DNA of 64,000 nt, taken from Mantamonas sphyraenae STR306 (Eukaryota > Protista > CRuMs). The translations under genes were made by a program, and so were the position numbers. Numbering within the stretch: the stretch's first letter is position 1; every line of letters starts with the position of its first letter. Shown here one piece after another: positions 19,749 to 30,686 of the stretch. The DNA is taken from assembly GCA_026936335.1 (NCBI GenBank), contig JAPMXV010000056.1:1-64000 (forward strand), read 5' to 3'. The notes below the pieces were generated by a model. That model worked only from the letters and a program-made list of their open reading frames with translations. It did not search any database and was not told the DNA's origin.

Positions 19749-22577
19749 CTATTTGTTGGCCAAAACCTCGCGACTCACCCCCCCACTCTTGCGCTTCGCC
19801 CCAAACCCGTTCCCCGACCGCTTTGCCGTGCTCTTGCCCATCTTCCCTCCTCCACTTGACCCTCCTCCTCCACCACCGCTGCTGCTCGACGCCCCGCTGC
19901 TCGACCCACCACTCCCAATCTTTGCCAACATCTCGTCCAGCCGTTTGACCACCTCCTCAAACCCCGGCCTCTCCTCCGCCCGCCCAAAGCACTCTTCGAT
20001 GAGCAGCCCCACTTGGCTCTGCGCCACTTCCTCCGGAATCTGCAGGTGCTCGTTCTGGAACCCAACTTTCGCCACAACCTGCAGCGGCGACAACCCCTGC
20101 CACGGGATTTCCCCTGTCATCAGCTCCCACAAAATGACCCCAAACGAGTACACGTCTGCCTTTTCCGAGTAGTTCTCACCGGCAAGCACTTCCGGCGGCA
20201 TGTACACAGGTGTCCCTGCCGCCGCCGAACCCGTCAACATCGCCCCGTGCTCCTTCAGCTTCGCCATCCCAAAGTCACACAGCTTCACCCCGTACTGCCG
20301 GTCCACCAGCAGGTTCAGCGACTTGAGATCCCGGTGCACAATTGGCGGGTCGTGCGTGTGAAGGTACAGCATCCCCACCGCTGCGTCCCGCGCCATCTGC
20401 AGCTTTTGCTTCGTGTGCAGTGTCTTTTTGCGCAGCACACGAAACAGCGTGCCTCGTGCACAAAACTCCGTCACAATGCACATCGGCTCCAAGCAGATGC
20501 CCATGAATCCTACGATGTTCGGGTGCCGCATTTCCGCCAGCAGCGCCACCTCGTGCGAAAACTCAGCCATATCCATCTCCTCCTGCGCAAACAGCCGCTT
20601 CACTGCCACCTCCACCCCTCTATACTGGCCCTTGAATACCTCCCCAAAGCTCCCGCTTCCAATCTTTGCTCCCAGTTCGATGTCGTCGTAGGCAATCGTC
20701 CACTTCGCGCTGATCATGTCGTTCCACGACACGCGCGACCCCACACTGCCCACCCTTGGCACATTCTCTCCGTTTCCTCCGCTTTCTCCACTGTCAAACT
20801 CACCCTCCGACTCCGACAACCCAGATGGCCCACTTGCGTCCACCGACACGTCCAGTGCATCCACCTCCTCCAGCAGCGCCTCTTCTCGCTGTGCCTTTTG
20901 CTGTGCATACATCTCATCCACGTCAATGTCTGCAAACTTGATCTCGTCCGACGACTCCATCTCCAGTCCAGACAGGTTCCGCGCAATCCGCCGTGTCACC
21001 ATCTGCTCAAACAGCCGATACCGCTTCGTGTGTTCGTTCGTCCCCACTGGGTACATCTGACCCGGCTGGTACATCAGGTCCACCACATACTGCTTCCTTC
21101 CCGCCGTCACCACATTCCACAGGTACTGCGAAATGCCCTCCTCCGCAGCTGCCTTTTCCTTCCCCGCATCCGCATCCGCCGCATCCGCATCCGCCGCCTC
21201 TTCCCCGCCCTCCCCTTCCGGGCACGACCCTCCTTCCCCTTCTTCTCCTTCTTTCTCCTCCTGCCCGTCTTCCACCTCAAATCCTCCCAAAGGATGCGCC
21301 GTCACCGACTTACGGTGATCCACAACCACCACCTTCTTGTACTCCTCCGCCTCGCTCCGTTTCCCGATATCACGCAAGACACCCCGTCGCAGCTCGCACG
21401 CAATCCCAAAGTGATCGCACGCCACCTTGAACGCAATCGCACGCGCACTCGTCGCTCCAAACTGCAGCAGCCCAATCGGCACACAGTTGCTCTTCACCAC
21501 CGCCTTCAGACGCCGCAGCTCCTGCGCGTAATTGTCTGCAATGTGTGCCGTGCTGTACGCATGCCCACCAAAGAATCCGCTGATCACCGCGCCCAGCCGT
21601 TCCACTTTGTCCTCCAGCTGCTCGATCGGCGCCAGGATCACTTCCAGCCGCGCCATCATCTCGCTCGCGTTGTAGTCCGCCCCAGGCTCGTACATCAGGA
21701 TTTCGGTGCTGTTGTCCACTGGTTGCTTCTTCAGATACCCGATCGGCGGCAGGTAGCGCGCGTACTTGCCGCTGATCACCGCATAGAACCCGTTGTCCAG
21801 CCGCTCATTCGCGCCCACCACCCCGTTCTCCCAAAAAGCCTGCACAGACGGCAGCACGCTCGCTTCCTCCTCCCGATCTTGCGAACTCATCCGCCGCTCC
21901 GTCTCTGCGCTCCGCTTCGCTCCACTCCCACCTGCCACCTGGCTCAAGTGCAGCGCCGAAAGCGACGGCGACGCTTGAAAAGAAACACTGTGTCTTCCAC
22001 GAAATGATTTGCCTTCCGCTCTCGACGCCCCCTGCACCCCCCGCTCCTCTTCTAGCCCCACCGCCGACATGATGTTACCACACACGTCCACGCAATCCAC
22101 ATGCTCCATCCCATGGTCCGAAAACAGCGAGCTGCTGCTGTTCTCACTCAGGAACAAAGAGCCCAAGTTGCCCGACGACGACTGCCTCCGCGACACCTCG
22201 TACAACTCTTCCACTGCCACCAGGCCGTCCTCTCCCTGCATTTCCTCCAACGACGACACCCAGAAATCGATGTACTTGAACGCTGCAGTCTCCCGCAGCG
22301 ACGCTGCTTTTGGCACCACAACTTTGCACAGGTACTCCCAGTCTGCCATGATGCTTGTCTCTGACGACGCCACCGCAATCTGAGCCCACGGCGACCGGTT
22401 CACCAGGATCCGGAACGACGTCGCATGCTTCCTGTACGTGCTTCGCAACGCGTTGACCCCGTTCTCCAGCGTCGTGTTGGACAACTTGTGTTTCTGCAGC
22501 ACAAACCAGTCGTTGCTGCTTACCGTTTCCCACCACGTTTTGCCCCGCAGCGTTTGCTCCGCTGTGCAAAATGGCAT
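19749..22577 (-). CDS. Raf-like (TKL) Ser/Thr kinase with EDR1/CTR1 domain and a TBC1D8/9-like N-terminal domain
   Basis: GSGSFGEV, VAVK, HRDLKSLN, DFG, GTPVYMPPE, DVYSFG. EDR1-like FWENG...DNGFY, PIG.L.FG...RA..FKV..D, YVVDLM..PG. Confidence 0.9.
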   Translation of the reverse strand: MPFCTAEQTLRGKTWWETVSSNDWFVLQKHKLSNTTLENGVNALRSTYRKHATSFRILVNRSPWAQIAVASSETSIMADWEYLCKVVVPKAASLRETAAFKYIDFWVSSLEEMQGEDGLVAVEELYEVSRRQSSSGNLGSLFLSENSSSSLFSDHGMEHVDCVDVCGNIMSAVGLEEERGVQGASRAEGKSFRGRHSVSFQASPSLSALHLSQVAGGSGAKRSAETERRMSSQDREEEASVLPSVQAFWENGVVGANERLDNGFYAVISGKYARYLPPIGYLKKQPVDNSTEILMYEPGADYNASEMMARLEVILAPIEQLEDKVERLGAVISGFFGGHAYSTAHIADNYAQELRRLKAVVKSNCVPIGLLQFGATSARAIAFKVACDHFGIACELRRGVLRDIGKRSEAEEYKKVVVVDHRKSVTAHPLGGFEVEDGQEEKEGEEGEGGSCPEGEGGEEAADADAADADAGKEKAAAEEGISQYLWNVVTAGRKQYVVDLMYQPGQMYPVGTNEHTKRYRLFEQMVTRRIARNLSGLEMESSDEIKFADIDVDEMYAQQKAQREEALLEEVDALDVSVDASGPSGLSESEGEFDSGESGGNGENVPRVGSVGSRVSWNDMISAKWTIAYDDIELGAKIGSGSFGEVFKGQYRGVEVAVKRLFAQEEMDMAEFSHEVALLAEMRHPNIVGFMGICLEPMCIVTEFCARGTLFRVLRKKTLHTKQKLQMARDAAVGMLYLHTHDPPIVHRDLKSLNLLVDRQYGVKLCDFGMAKLKEHGAMLTGSAAAGTPVYMPPEVLAGENYSEKADVYSFGVILWELMTGEIPWQGLSPLQVVAKVGFQNEHLQIPEEVAQSQVGLLIEECFGRAEERPGFEEVVKRLDEMLAKIGSGGSSSGASSSSGGGGGGSSGGGKMGKSTAKRSGNGFGAKRKSGGVSREVLANK

Positions 22578-22654
22578 CTTTCTTGTCCTCGAATGTCTCG
22601 CCCCGGTGCTTGCAACCGATTTCCTGTTCTTGCCTTGTTTCTCCACGCGCCCGC

Positions 22655-25625
22655 ATGAGCCAATCTGCAGACGCGCTCACAAAGCGCATGCTCAACTGCG
22701 ACGGCCGCATCCTCGACCTCCATGCCATGCAGATAACAGACCTGCCACGCTCCCTGGCCAAGCAACACCCAAACCTGCGCATCCTCAACCTGCACAGCAA
22801 CCGCCTCAAGGCCTTCCCTCGCGCCATGGCTCGCCTCGCCAAGCTGGAGAAGCTCAACATCAGCAACAATCGCCTGGAAGAGCTATCTGGCGAAATCGCC
22901 TACCTCACCAAGCTCAAACAGCTCGACGCAAGCAACAACGGCATCCGCGAAATCGCCGCCCAAATCGGCCATCTTACCAGCCTAGCCACCCTCGATCTCA
23001 GCAAGAACAGCCTGTGTGACTTGCCCATCCAGCTTTGCCTCGCTCCTCTCACCGACCTGTGCCTCAATGGCAACATGCTCGAGTTTGTCCCCGACGCCGT
23101 ACTCAATCTGCCCACCCTACGCACCCTTGGCCTCGCCGACAACTCCATAGCCTCTCTCCCAGACTCCCTCATGCAGCTCACCAAACTGCGTCGCCTCGAC
23201 GTGCGCAACAATGCCATCGTCAGCATCAGCGACGACCTCATGCAGTGGATGCTCACCCTGCAGGAGGCCAAACTTGACACCGAACACAGCAGCGCCGACC
23301 GGCATGTGCGCTGGCGAAGCGACCTCGAGCAGGTCGCTGAGATCGAAAACAACGGCCAGCGTGCAAACCGTGCGCAGGCCGCCTCCGACCCGGCCATGTG
23401 CTACGCCCAGGGCACCGCGCAGTTTGAAGGCGAGGCCGGCCGTTGGAACTCGTTTAAAATCCGCGCCAAAGACAAGAACGGCCGCCACCGCGACACAGGA
23501 GGCGACCAGATCACCGTCCACATGTACAATATCCAAGACCATGACACATGCGCCCGCCTCGAAGTGTTTGATCACAACGATGGCAGCTACTCTGTGAAAT
23601 ACTGCTCCGCAACTGCAGGCCTCTACCAGGTCCAGGTTCAGCTCGCCCACCACGACATCTCCGGCTCCCCATTCGAGTGTGTCGTCCACCCATCCCATCC
23701 CGATGCGCAGCACTGTCTTCTCGTCGGTGATGTCATCGAATCTCGCCGCTGTGTCGCCGGCGAGCCCGCTGTCGTCTATCTCGAAGCCCACGACGCCTTT
23801 GGCAACCGATGTCGCCAAGGCGGCGCAGAGGTTGCAGGCAAGGTGCGCGCTGCCAATGGCGACCGCTGTGCCTGTGTCGTCCACGACTTTCAGGACGGCC
23901 GCTATGCCTTGCAATTCAGCAGCACCTCACGACAGCGCCTCGCCCTCGAGATTTCCCTCGACGGCCACATTGTCACCCCTTCTCCCCTTGCCATCGATGT
24001 CGTCGCAGGCCCTGTGCACCCAGACTCCTGCACCGTCGTCGCCAATGCAGGCGAGGGCCAGCTTGGGCAGGTCGCAGCGGGGCAAGTCCTCGACTTTTGG
24101 CTCCACTGCTATGATGTCCACGGCAACCCGTCCCAATGTGCCCTCGACGATCTTCATCTCAGTGCTCCTTCTGCCGCCGTCCATGTACAGCCCGAGAGCG
24201 GCCGCGAAGGTGTCTTTCATTGCAGCATCGTCAGCAAACGCGCAGGCCCACTGCTCGTCGACCTGGCTGTTGGCGGCCAGCCTGTAGCTGGCAGTCCTTT
24301 CCCTGCCCACGTGTACAGTGGGCCCACCAGCCACTTGCACAGCGTGTGTACACTCGATGGCCAGCTGCTCGACGAGCACACAAATGGCTGGCAGGTCATG
24401 GCCCGCCATCCCCTCCGCGTCCATGTCCGCACATGTGACGCCCATGGAAATCCACGCACCTCTGGTGGCGATCTGGTGCGAGCCGTCCTCAGTGGACATA
24501 CTGTCGTCGAGCTCCACGATCGGCACAGGCGAATACGCAGGCGACATTGTGGCTCACGCCAGCGGCTACCACACTCTTTGGGTAGGCATTGAGGAACAAG
24601 GCATCGATGGCAGTCCCTTTGCCCTCGACGTCATCAACGACCCACACATGCCGGTGGCTGATCTCAGCCGACTCCAACTCCTTGGAGCTAGCCGCGTGGT
24701 CCTGAGTCGCGCTGCCTTGTTCCGCCTGCATCTGCACAACGCCGATGGTCTCGAGGTACACAGTCGCGCATGGCGTTTTGCAGGCACCCACGTCGAGACT
24801 GGTGCCCAGGTCGACGAAAAACACACCAGTTGGATCGACGAAAAAGGTGTCCTTGAATGGTATGCTCCACACGTCGGCGCCTGGCAGCTCTGGGTGGAGC
24901 TCGAAGATGGCGAGCGCGTCCAAGGCTGCCCCATCGATCTCGACATCGTCGAACAGGTTCTCCGCGTCAAGTTTGTCGTCGAGGGACGCGACGGCGTCCA
25001 CACCCTGCAGGTGGAGCCACACATCAACTTTGACGGCATCGTCGACTGCGTCGGAAAACGCATCGGCTACGAGCGCCACGAAATTGCCCTCCGCTACCGC
25101 GACCAACAAGGCGACCTCCTTGCCCTTCGCAACGATGACGATTGGGCAGAGGTTCTCAACACGCATGCCGTCGAAGCCCGCGGCCACAGCATGAAGCTCG
25201 TCGTCAAGCTCGGCCACGTCGGCACGCGCATGCGCCACACCACCATACCCACCTCCAGCAGCTCCTCATCATCATCATCATCCTCCTCACGGCTGCCCTC
25301 TCTTCGGCTAAAGTGTTTTGGAGCCGGTCGCGAGATCCGAATCGTCGACGTGCCCTGCGAATCCCACACCGCAGGGTACTTTGTGGACTACGAAAGTGTG
25401 TTCAAGGCAGTCACCAATGCCTGGGGCTCTCGCGCGCTGCTGCTCGAGTTCAAAGATGCAGACGGCGACATGTGTCGGCTCAGCAGCGACACCAGCCTGG
25501 AAATGGCCTTGGCCGCCGCCACCGGTGCACGCTTTGGCAAGAACAGCAAGAGTCTGCGCAGTGCTCACACAGTCGACGGTTTGGTCCTCAAGGTGGTGGT
25601 GCGACGCAGTGGGAACAAACTCTGA
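22655..25625 (+). CDS. LRR + filamin(Ig) repeats + two PB1 domains scaffold protein (frameshift near 24521)
   Basis: LxxLxLxxN repeats; filamin motifs D.NDGSY, GSPF; PB1 motifs LRYRDQQGDLLALRNDDDW and LEFKDADGDMCRLSSD. ORFs 22571..24592 and 24318..25625 join at HD|GTGEY. Confidence 0.85.
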
Positions 25626-25673
25626 CTCTGCCAACCCTTCTCTCAATTCCCTTCTCCACTCTCCCTCCGTGCC

Positions 25674-26891
25674 ATGTCAAGCACTCCAGTGACCACCGCC
25701 AATGCAGTGGTGATCAGGGACATCTCTGAAAAGGCCAGCCCCAGACAAGTGTTTGACTTTTTCTCCTTCTGCGGCGCAATCGCCTTTTCCTGGATGGACG
25801 TCGACCATGACGCAGAACGCGCCTCCCAGGTCGCCGTGATTGCCTTTGAGGAGGACTCTGCTGCCGGCACGGCCGTCCTTCTCACCAATGCCACCATTGC
25901 CGACCGCACCGTGCGTGTGTCCATGTGGAACAGCGACCCGCCCCTCGAACGCCTCCTGGGCACCTCCGAGGTCGAGGACGAGGCTCCGTTTGAGCAACAG
26001 CTACTTGCAGCTGGTCAAGAGTCACCAGCCTCTCTTGGCTCTCCAGGGCGTGCCTCGCCAGCCAGCTCCCGGGCAGCAAACAACGCTGGCGGAAAGCGTG
26101 TTTCGGCTGCCAATGCCTTTCTGGCCGCCGCCGTCGCCTCCACCGTCGGATTCGGCCACGATGTCGCTGCAGCCGTCAAAGATGTCGACCAAAAAACCCA
26201 GATGGGCGCCAAGCTCAAGGAGGTCGGCAGCAACATCGACACTGGGCTGCGCAACTTGGATCGCCAGCTCAAGGTCTCCGAATCCTTCAATACAGTCGGA
26301 CAGAAGCTCTCCGAGCCGGCCAGCAAAGTTGGAGACGCCCTACAGATCAAACAAGTGGGCACCACACTGCAGCAAACCGGCGAGAAGCTGGGCACGGGCC
26401 TCAAGCAAACCGGCGAGAAGTTGGGCTCCGGGTTCAAGGAGACCGGAAAGAAGCTGGAGAGCAACCAGGTCGTCTCCAAGGGCTGGGGATTTCTCCGCAA
26501 CATCGGCACCTCCATCTCGGCTAGCTTCAGCGAGCTGGAGCAAGAGACGAAACGCAAGATTCAAGAGGAGGAGCTCAAGCGAGGCATCACTCGTCCTGTC
26601 GCTCCCACCGCCACACTGGACGCAGCACAAGACACCGATCTTTCGGATGAGGACCATGGCGTCGCCTCTGCGGATGGTCCAGCGACGCTCGAGCCCACCG
26701 CTACCACGACGACCACCACAACCTCCACCGCCACCGACGAGTCCATGGACAACGACGATAGCGACGCACTAAACGCGGCACTCGAGGATGTGCTGGGCGA
26801 TGACGATGAGGACGAGGCCCTGCTGCAGCCCGTCGAGGATCTGCAGGACGACGACACCAGCGCTCCAAACGTCCAGACCCCCACAAATTGA
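25674..26891 (+). CDS. Vip1/BPA1-like RRM protein, paralog A (intronless)
   Basis: FFSFCGAI...F....AA.TAVLLTNATI signature, followed by amphipathic repeats and an acidic tail. Confidence 0.8.
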   Translation: MSSTPVTTANAVVIRDISEKASPRQVFDFFSFCGAIAFSWMDVDHDAERASQVAVIAFEEDSAAGTAVLLTNATIADRTVRVSMWNSDPPLERLLGTSEVEDEAPFEQQLLAAGQESPASLGSPGRASPASSRAANNAGGKRVSAANAFLAAAVASTVGFGHDVAAAVKDVDQKTQMGAKLKEVGSNIDTGLRNLDRQLKVSESFNTVGQKLSEPASKVGDALQIKQVGTTLQQTGEKLGTGLKQTGEKLGSGFKETGKKLESNQVVSKGWGFLRNIGTSISASFSELEQETKRKIQEEELKRGITRPVAPTATLDAAQDTDLSDEDHGVASADGPATLEPTATTTTTTTSTATDESMDNDDSDALNAALEDVLGDDDEDEALLQPVEDLQDDDTSAPNVQTPTN

Positions 26892-26932
26892 CCGTTCATC
26901 TCCATTCGCTCGCTCTTCCTGTCCATCCTCAT

Positions 26933-28140
26933 TTATTCCTTGCTGTTGCTTGCCTCCTCCTTGGCGGCTTGCTCAGCCTTACGTGCTGCGATCTCCTCCT
27001 TGGTCGCGTCGGAAATCTCGCTCATGGTCTTCTTCGCCGAACCAAACAGGCCTTTGGCGTACGACGAAGCCTTGGCCACGTTCTCGTTCTGCATGGCCCG
27101 GTCTGACATCACCTTGGCCGTCGCTTTGGCCGCAAGTGTCGTCTCCCCCACCTTTTGCGAGATCTTGTACTGCTCGTCCAACTCTCCGGCCTTGGTCTTG
27201 GCCGACGACGCCGCGCTGCTGGCCTTTTCCGAGATCTTGTACTTTTCGTCAATCTCAGACGCCTTCTTCTTGATCGTGTTGACAATTTGGTGCTTCTCGT
27301 CAAAGTCGATTGCCTTGGTGCGTGCGTTGTCGCCAAGCACGTATCCGGCCGCAAGCAACGAAGCCACAACTGCTGTGGCGCTCTGTGGTACCATTCGTGG
27401 CGTTGGGGTGTGGATCGACGCCCAGCGCTCGTCAGTGTACGCCCCCGCCTCCGAGTTCCCTTCGTCCACACAAAGGCCGTCATTTTTCCCTCCGGCCGAC
27501 GTCTGCTCTTCCCACCGCAACCTACCCTGCCGCTGTCGTTCACGGGCTTGCCCTCGTCGTCCTCGCTTGCTTCTGCACTGCTCTGCTGGCTGCTCTCCTG
27601 CGATGACGCCTCCTTGGCGTCCTCCGCCACCTCGGCGGACGAGCTTCCGGCCGACGCCTCCGTCTCCACCTGCACCTCCTCGCTCCCTGCTTCGCTCTCT
27701 GGTCCGCTGTACGGCTTCACCGTGATCACTTGGTCCACAATCACTGCGTTGGTCAGCAGCAGTGCAGTTTTCGCACTGCCAGCCGCCACGAAGCTCACCG
27801 TTGCCTTTTGGTTGTCGCCGTCACTGTTGCCGTGCCTTGCCCTGTCAGTTCCTTCACACCCATCATCCTCGCTCCATCTCCCACCCCTTCCCCCCTTCCT
27901 CCCTTCCCACTCAATAACCCCTCCTCTTTGCTGTCCAATTGTTCCCAAACCTACGCTTCCAGCGTCAGCTCCACAATCTCGCCGCAGAAGTTGAAAAAGT
28001 CCTTCACCGTTTGCTCAGTTGCGTTTGCAGACACGTTGGTCACAGTCACACTCTTTTCACTCTGCACGGCACACAGAACGTTGTGTGTCAGAGCACAATC
28101 CACACGTACGCTGTCCACCTCTTTCACCTACCGTGGGCAT
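26933..28140 (-). CDS. Vip1/BPA1-like RRM protein, paralog B (3 introns)
   Basis: Spliced product MPT|SEKSVTVTNVS...FFNFCGEI...|...AKTALLLTNAVI...|SATAVVASLLAAGYVLGD..AIDFDEKHQI. Introns 28062-28131, 27824-27954 and 27383-27525, all GTAGGT...CAG. Confidence 0.88.
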
Positions 28141-28212
28141 CTCTTTGTTCAGGTTCAAACCAGGGGTTGGCCCGTCCAGCGCGTGCGCCGTCACATCCAC
28201 CCTTGTCCACAC

Positions 28213-30640
28213 CATGAAGACAAAGATCCTTCGTCTGCTGGTGGAAAAGTACGCACGTGAGGAGAACGACGGCCGCATGCCCATGGTCTGCTCGCAGGAC
28301 CTGCTCGACTTCATCAAGAGCCGCTCCCGCAAGCAGTTTGGCAGCGTGGGCGACAAGACCCTGGACACAATGGTCAACAAGCAGATTGCAGAGCTGCAAA
28401 AGCAGCGCAGTCAAGACACCCCCGCAGACGCCGAGACCTCCCCGTCCCACAAACGCAAGCTCGACGACGTCGCCGGCCTGGGCATCAACGATCTCTACGC
28501 CAACGCCGCTAAACAGCGTGGTGCTGACTCGAACGACGCACCAACCTCCTCCCCAGGCTCTGCCGCCATGAACACATCCCAGTTTGATGACTACATGCAA
28601 CAGCAGCGTGGCCGCAAGCGCCAGCGCGTACCAAAGTCCGCGGACAAGCGCCGCAACGCAAACAGCCGCCAGCAACGCAAGGGCGATGATTCGGACGACG
28701 ACAATGGCGACGACTCACACTCACACACAGGCGACAACATAAACTTTCTCGTTGATCGGCCCCGTGCTCGCCTAGCCGATCTCGGAGGTTGCGACGCTGC
28801 TGTGCAAACACTTCGCGACATTCAGAGCGTCCTCACCCACCCGGATGTTGCACACGCTCTCAACAACAACGTCGAGTACCTGGACCCGGGCTGCATTGTC
28901 ATCTACGGACCGCCTGGCGTCGGCAAGACCGCCCTGGTCGACGCATATGCTGGTGTACGTGCTTCTCCACACTCGTCTGCGCATGCCCAACACTTACCCC
29001 TCCCTTTTCCCCCCTTCACCGCCTCCCTCTCATCTCTCCCTCGTTCCCATTCCCTCCCACAGGAACTTGGCTACGCCTATTATCGTGCCTCGTCCCAGGT
29101 TTTCATCAGCAGCATGTCTGGCCAGGCCGAAACCCGCATCCGCAATTTGTTCCGTCAAGCACGCGACAATGCCCCGTCCCTCATCTTCTCGACGAACTCG
29201 ACGTCGTTGCCCCACGCCGTGAAAGTACAGTGCGTGGCATGGACCAACGCATCCTCGCCGAGCTGAATCAGCAGCTCGACCAGGTCGGACACGACAACCT
29301 CTTCCAGCCCGCCACAGTCCTTGTCATTGCCGCCACCTCTCGCATCAACTCCATGGACCAACAGCTCCGCGGCAAGTTTACCAAAGAAATCGAGATGCAT
29401 ATGCCCAAGAAGGAGGGACGCCTGGCCATTCTCAACCGCCTCTGCACCAACAAGGTCCTCCACCCGTCTGTCGATTTGCCCAGCGTCGCAGACCGCACCC
29501 ATGGCTTTGTTGCTCGTGATCTCTGTTCCCTTGTCAATGGCGCCGTCGAATGTGCCGCCCTCCGCCTAATCCAACACAGTGCAAACGCCACCTCCGCCTC
29601 CAGCTCCAGCTCGAGTTCCGCCAACTCACCACCCTCCTCCTCGCCCCCACCGCATGCCTCTCCTGTCATGGACATTGACGACACAACGTCTCTGGATGAA
29701 CCCCAAGACGCGGTGGCTTCCCCAACCAAGTTCTCCCTCGACCTCGACGACAAGGAGACGTTGTGTCTGCTGCCCAACGACTTTACAGTCACCATGTCCA
29801 ACATCCAGCCAGCTGCAAAGCGTGAGGGCTTCTCCTCCGTCCCCAACGTCACCTGGGAAGACGTCGGCGCCCTCTCGCAAGTCCGCAAAACCCTCAACTC
29901 CAGTTTCATGATGCACATCAAGTTTCCCGACCAGTTCGAAGCACGCGGCCTCCGCCAGGATGGCGTTCTGCTCTATGGCCCTCCTGGCTGTGGCAAGACT
30001 CTCCTCGCCCGTGCCATTGCGAACGAATCCCAAGCAAGTTTCATCAGTGTCAAGGGCCCCGAGCTGCTCAGCAAGTATGTCGGCGAGGCAGAGCGTGCAA
30101 TCCGAGAACTTTTTGACCGTGCTCGTCTCAGCAGTCCCTGCGTCATCTTCTTTGACGAGATCGACTCCCTGTGTTCCAAGCGCGAATCCGGCTCCACATC
30201 CGGCGCTGACAAGGTCGTCAACCAGCTCCTCACAGAGCTCGATGGCACAAACGAACTCCGTGGCGTCTATGTCATCGGCGCAACAAACCGCGTCGACATC
30301 ATCGACGACGCCATCAAACGCAGCGGCCGCCTCGGCCTCCACATCCATGTTCCCCTCCCGACACCGCAAGACCGTGGCGACATCCTCAAGAAACTCACCA
30401 AGAAGCTACAACTGGCTCAAGACATTGACCTCGACGCCATTGGCGCCGATTCCTCTCTCGACGGCTACAGTGGAGCCGACCTCGCAAATATTGTTCAAGA
30501 ATGCGTTCAACCAGTCCTTCCAACGCCTGCAAAGCTCCCTCTCGGAGGATCCATCTGCGTTTGCCACCGCCATGGACTCGCTCATTGTTACGGCAGACGA
30601 TTTCGACGTAGCGATGCAGCAGGAGGCGGATGTGTCGTGA
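28213..30640 (+). CDS. NVL: NVL/Rix7-type double AAA+ ATPase (intron 28955-29062; frameshifts near 29189 and 30493)
   Basis: D1 GPPGVGKT and LIF.DELD; QPAAKREGFSSVPNVTWEDVGAL; D2 GPPGCGKT, KGPELLSKYVGE, IFFDEID. Confidence 0.9.
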
Positions 30641-30686
30641 CCGTGACAACGAAACGTTTTGTTTCCCTGCATCCATCCATCCCTTC

